From: Cyanidioschyzon merolae
Taxonomy: Eukaryota
DNA length: 64,000 nucleotides
Reading direction: 5' to 3' (one strand)
Assembly: GCA_000091205.1 (NCBI GenBank)
Contig: AP006486.2
Both the position numbers and the translations under genes were made by a program. The notes under the pieces were generated by a model. That model saw nothing but the letters and a program-made list of their open reading frames with translations, ran no database searches and was not told the DNA's origin. Position 1 is the stretch's first letter. Every line of letters begins with the position of its first letter. This document shows, in pieces, positions 59,689 to 64,000 of this stretch.

Positions 59689-60462
59689 CTAGCCAGAGGG
59701 ATTTCGTGCTCGCCGCCTCTCGAGCATTTGCTGTCGCAGACAATAGTCGCGAAAGCGATTCAGATCCATGCGGATCGCCGTCTCGACAAAGTTCCGAACA
59801 ACGCCCGTTCGGAGAACCGCCGCTGCCAGCGGCGACATGGCATCGTACCGAATGTGCATGGTCAGTCTGGTGCATGGTGTTGATTCGATGTTCATAAAGG
59901 TGTTATCCTTCGCATCGTCGAAGAGTGCTGCGCCATAGTGCTCGAGGCCGGAGATGCTCCGCCACTCTATTCGTTGATTCGGAATGATGCGCGTATCGCG
60001 AGTCTTCCATTCCAGCTCCACGCTCTGCCATGAAAACTTCCACTCCACGACCCCAGGCTCCGACTCCGACCGCTGGCACTGGGCCAGCGAAGCCGACCAA
60101 TCCTTGACCCGATCGAGGTCAGCAAACAGCCGGTACACCAGCGAACGCGGTGATTCAATGACGATGGCCGCTTTCACAGCCACCCATGTAGCCTGTTGCG
60201 CCTCTCCGGGTGCAGGCTTCCCTGAAGCTTCCCCTTCGGCGGCGCTGCGCAGGCGTCTCTGCAGGGTGTTCGAGGCACGCTGGTTCGCGACTCGGGCTGC
60301 GGGCCTCGCCGCTCCCCTAGTCAGTGCGCACCAGCCGGGTGTTGTCGCTGGTGCGTAACCGCCAACAAAGCAGGCGTCCCTGTGCACTCTGAAAAGCTGT
60401 TTCGGTAAACAAACTGTGAACATGAATATGTAAGTCTTGGGATGAGAAAGATGCGCTCGCAA
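59689..60462 (-). CDS. SRPBCC-superfamily protein (Coq10 / polyketide cyclase-dehydrase-like START fold) with an N-terminal Ala/Arg-rich presequence.
   Basis: ATWVAVKAAIVIESPRSLVYRLFADLDRVKDWSASL...WKFSWQSVELEWKTRDTRIIPNQRIEWRSISGLEHYGAALFDD has the alternating beta-strand pattern and W/F spacing of plant polyketide_cyc2/COQ10-like proteins. Confidence 0.4.
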   Translation of the reverse strand: MRAHLSHPKTYIFMFTVCLPKQLFRVHRDACFVGGYAPATTPGWCALTRGAARPAARVANQRASNTLQRRLRSAAEGEASGKPAPGEAQQATWVAVKAAIVIESPRSLVYRLFADLDRVKDWSASLAQCQRSESEPGVVEWKFSWQSVELEWKTRDTRIIPNQRIEWRSISGLEHYGAALFDDAKDNTFMNIESTPCTRLTMHIRYDAMSPLAAAVLRTGVVRNFVETAIRMDLNRFRDYCLRQQMLERRRARNPSG

Positions 60463-63400
60463 GCGCCCCGTCGCAACGAACGCAACAAAGTCGTAACCGT
60501 GGCGCTCGACGATAGCGGCAGCAACTTGAAAGCGCCGCCATTTAGCAGCTGAGGCAACATTTCGCCATTGGCGTCGACGGCGCTAGCGCGGAGTGGCTGC
60601 TACAGCCGTGACAGAGGAACATGGACTGTTGAGGTGCTCGTGCTGTTTCTGCCTAGATATTTTTTGCGAATTCTTCGATGTGCATCCGAGGCATTTAAAG
60701 CGCAGAAAGCATTGCTTATGGGATCATGCTCATTTTTAGGGTTCCGGGTGCTGTGTCGAGGTTGACGCATTCGGCGCTGTGCCGCAAGCACTCGCGACGT
60801 TACCGGAGTCAGGATGATGCGCGATACGCTCGAACTAGGGTTCGTAACGTAACTGATATGATAGAGGAATATCTACATAGAAAAGCGTCTGTTGTTCTCT
60901 CTTCCTGACGTGCAGTGTGCTCAGTGCATGCATTCTTCGCGTCTTCGATCACTGTATTTCAAGGCAACAGTGGGAGCTGTGATTCGCGGCGATCAATAAA
61001 ACATGTCGATCATTGACGAATTGTTCACAATTTTATGCCGAAATTTCACTCAATCTGTATCGTTAACCAATAAAATCTCTTCATAAAACAAATTTTCCTC
61101 TGTTTTTTCGGCATCCGCGAAATGGCGATCGACAGCAGCATGATCCCTCTCACGGGACATGCCTCCAGAGGTTCCCTTCTTTTCTCTGCGCACGAAACGC
61201 GTCTCCGACTCGGACCTGAGTCATCGCAGCAATCATTCCAAATGCAGGATTTGTCGCGGTTTTGCACGAACGGAACCGAGACAGATCCAGAGAGCTCAAC
61301 TTGTTATTCAGCCGTGATTGCATTTCGGGAAACGTTTCCTCACAAGAACATCGCGCTCGCCAAATCCTCTACCGAATGGAGCAGCGTCTGCTTGCACGTG
61401 CAGCGGACAGGGTACTCGACAAGGGGCCGAACAGAGGATGCCCATTATCTTTTTGTTCGGCACCGGGCATGGAAATGGCCGAGGATATCGAGGCAAGACA
61501 CGTGTACCTGTCAACGGCATGTATGGCGTGATTCAGGAAGCCTTCGCATGCCACATGGCAGTACTCGGAGGATAAGGCATGAAGGACGTATCGAAACACG
61601 AGACAACAGTCTCGTGTCATCGACTCGAAGAGTGCACCGAGCCTACGCGCGAGGAAGATGACGAGTGGCGCCTGAGACGTTGATTCTAGCTACATTTTGC
61701 GCGAGCAATGCGTCGAAGACAGACGGATGCCGGGAAGTCGGCACGTTGAACGCTGCTATCCACATCAATCAACTGCCGACGACGGAAGTCAATTTAGGAA
61801 AATGACCGACGTTTTAAAGTCCGGAGATAAGAGAAAAGAAAATAGGGCATTCGCGGACGAAGCCAGCAAAGAGTGGTATTCTTGATTGCACGAGAACACT
61901 TCAACTCGGGCGTGTACGTCCGATACATCCAAAAGCACTCTTTTCTTTCCATGCAAACATATGTGTAGGAATGTTAATCACTGATCCAAGGCGTTCGCGT
62001 CGCCATCGATGTGAGGTCCATGCACTGAATGGGATGTTTCTCTCGGCTGTACAGTAGGTCTGCCAAAGTGCACGCCTGTGCATCGCAACGAGGTGCGTTT
62101 CTGAGGTCACCAAAGCAAGGCGATTTACGAGCTTGCTGCGCATCTAGTCCTGTACGAATACGTCCCTGTGGCCTGTCACATATCTGGAGCGATAAAGCGA
62201 TAAATCTGGCGTGTGCGACTTGTCCATATTTTACGCCAGTGCGAGCGGTGAGAGTCGTCGTCTCCATTTTGCTTTCTGATTACGTGCATGAGACGACGGC
62301 CGCAAACGCCTCTGCAACATTTACTCGGTGTTGTCGGGCACCGAAAGATTCTAACAGACAACGTCTGCTTCTCAGAGCGTGACAGGAAACGAGTTCGGAT
62401 GTTTTGAGTTATCAATATAATCGCAGACCTTGAGAGCTCTTCCGATGAGGCTTCTCGCAGGGCCTCCCAGAAGGCATGATGCATGGTTCAGAAAATACGT
62501 CATCTACGGAAAGCGCCGGCCTCAGATCGAAGCGTCCGTCAATTATTCCAAATCAGCCGCATCCTTTGGAAAGAGTCCACGATATGCATGTTTGTGTTCA
62601 GGATCGAGTGGAGGAGGTCATTTCCAAACACACACCAGACAAAGTTCACATCATCGACTGATGAGCCTGGAAAGTAAATCAGCGTGTACGCAGTAATATC
62701 AAAAGATGAAAGGACACTAACCTTCAACTATTTACCAGGAGAACCGTTCGCGGAATGTATGCAAAAGTCTGCCCAAGTGAGACAACTGGACGTTCATGTA
62801 CTCCCTTACTAAGTCGAAACAAGCATGACCCTCTGCTCTACGCGATGCGCGTGACATCGATAAGGACCACGACGCCGTCGTCCGACTTGTCGAAATGGCT
62901 GCTTGCATCCATAAGGCTGTCTTCGGATGCTATGGAGCCCGACACAGATTGAGCAGCTTCATCTGCTTTGCTTTCTGGTCTTCGGCCTTGCCCTCTGGGT
63001 GCAGAGTCACGGCAGCGGCGAAGACGACCGTCACCTGGGCATCCATGCCATCCATGAAGTATTTCTCTTCTTCTATTTTGAATGGTCGAAAATATGTCTC
63101 GTTACATAACACAGACCTAGGTTTCACTAAGTTTGCTCCAACTGAAATTCCGCCCGTATTCGTTGTCTCTGTGAGCTCCTTTCCGGTTCCTTCCCGAAAA
63201 CAAGAAATCATGAATTTGCTTCATGAATACTGTTCATGAAAATTGTTCACATGATCCATACTCGCTTGTGGAAACCAGTCTTAGCTCGCTGAGGAGACCA
63301 TGCAGTATGGAAGTGTCGATCCAGATGTTATCGGTCTTGAACTGATACATGGGGACAACATCGAATAGACACTTGAAGAGACGATGGCGCTCGCATTCAG

Positions 63401-64000
63401 TGCTGCAATCTGCTTTGTTCCGAAGAGTGCTGTGCAGTTAAACGCAGTCGCGAGCAATGCTAGGAAGGCAGACACCACAACTCAAACATCCTGTAAATAC
63501 AACGTCCATAGGCCCGAGGCTGAGTCCAACACAAGAAGCGCGGACTCGGACCAGCAGCGACGATCGCGTTCGTTAGGACTCTTCTTCCGATCCTGCTACC
63601 ATCTCGAGATCATCCAGTAACTGCCCTCCATTTGGCTTCATCGGCACGTCAGTTCCCTTCCCCAATTCTTCGCTTCTCTGGGCCGGTGAAAAGAGTTCAC
63701 AACGCCCACAAACTGCGCTTCAAGACGAGCACGAGATTGACTAGCATTTGGTATATCAGGTTTCATTGGTGCTCTCTGGAATCTGCGCTGAGCATGGAAC
63801 TGTCGCCGCTGTGGCGGGGCGGCAAGTCCAGGTATCCTGGTAGGCGTTTGTACGAACCTTGGATACGACGATCAGGACGAATTGCATTTTTAGTCCAGCG
63901 CATCAACTGTGCAGCAGCCTGATGATCTTATCAAATGGTTCCAAGGGAATGCGGGCAGCGAGCACCACAGCGTCCAGAACGCGGACGAACCGTTGCTTGA

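Noticed and set aside
1-64000. I considered a prokaryotic interpretation (operons, defence islands, CRISPR).
   Set aside because: The gene content is eukaryotic: TERT, EPC/EPL1, SCAMP, DHHC-CRD, FAE1-type KCS and cytosolic GPD1. Intergenic spacers are long and there are no Shine-Dalgarno-linked overlapping gene strings. Frame-split genes fit introns. I saw no CRISPR-like regularly spaced repeats.

Overview
This window reads as GC-rich (~50-55%) eukaryotic nuclear DNA from a compact genome. It has roughly one recognisable gene per 3-4 kb, on both strands, and most genes are single long ORFs. At least two loci show frame discontinuities that suggest occasional introns or pseudogenisation. Genes I can recognise from the protein sequence are: a RING-finger ORF at the 5' edge; a DUF1517 (glycine-rich, plastid-lineage) protein; glyoxalase I; a DUF1350 protein split over two frames; telomerase reverse transcriptase (TERT, with motifs 1/2, A, IFD spacing, B', C and E all present); an HD-domain HDDC2-type phosphohydrolase; NAD-dependent glycerol-3-phosphate dehydrogenase; an HNH-nuclease-domain protein; a SCAMP-like membrane protein; an Enhancer-of-polycomb (EPL1/EPC) protein; a FAE1-type 3-ketoacyl-CoA synthase; a DHHC palmitoyltransferase; a cryptochrome-DASH/photolyase whose C-terminal half is out of frame; and an SRPBCC (Coq10/polyketide-cyclase-like) protein. 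Several of these are plant/cyanobacteria-restricted families (DUF1517, DUF1350, KCS, CRY-DASH), which argues for an algal or otherwise plastid-bearing host; I cannot name the species. There are two large structural features. The first is a ~3.6-3.7 kb direct repeat pair (17210-20935 and 29773-33355, ~98% identical) that brackets the HDDC2 and GPD genes and carries a length-variable pentanucleotide minisatellite. The second is a ~1 kb inverted repeat pair (34508-35477 and 41185-42160) enclosing a 5.7 kb segment with the HNH-nuclease, NMT1-like and SCAMP genes. I could not confirm any tRNA, rRNA, CRISPR or prokaryotic-type operon. Gene starts, intron calls and family assignments come from reading the translations by eye and need alignment-based confirmation.
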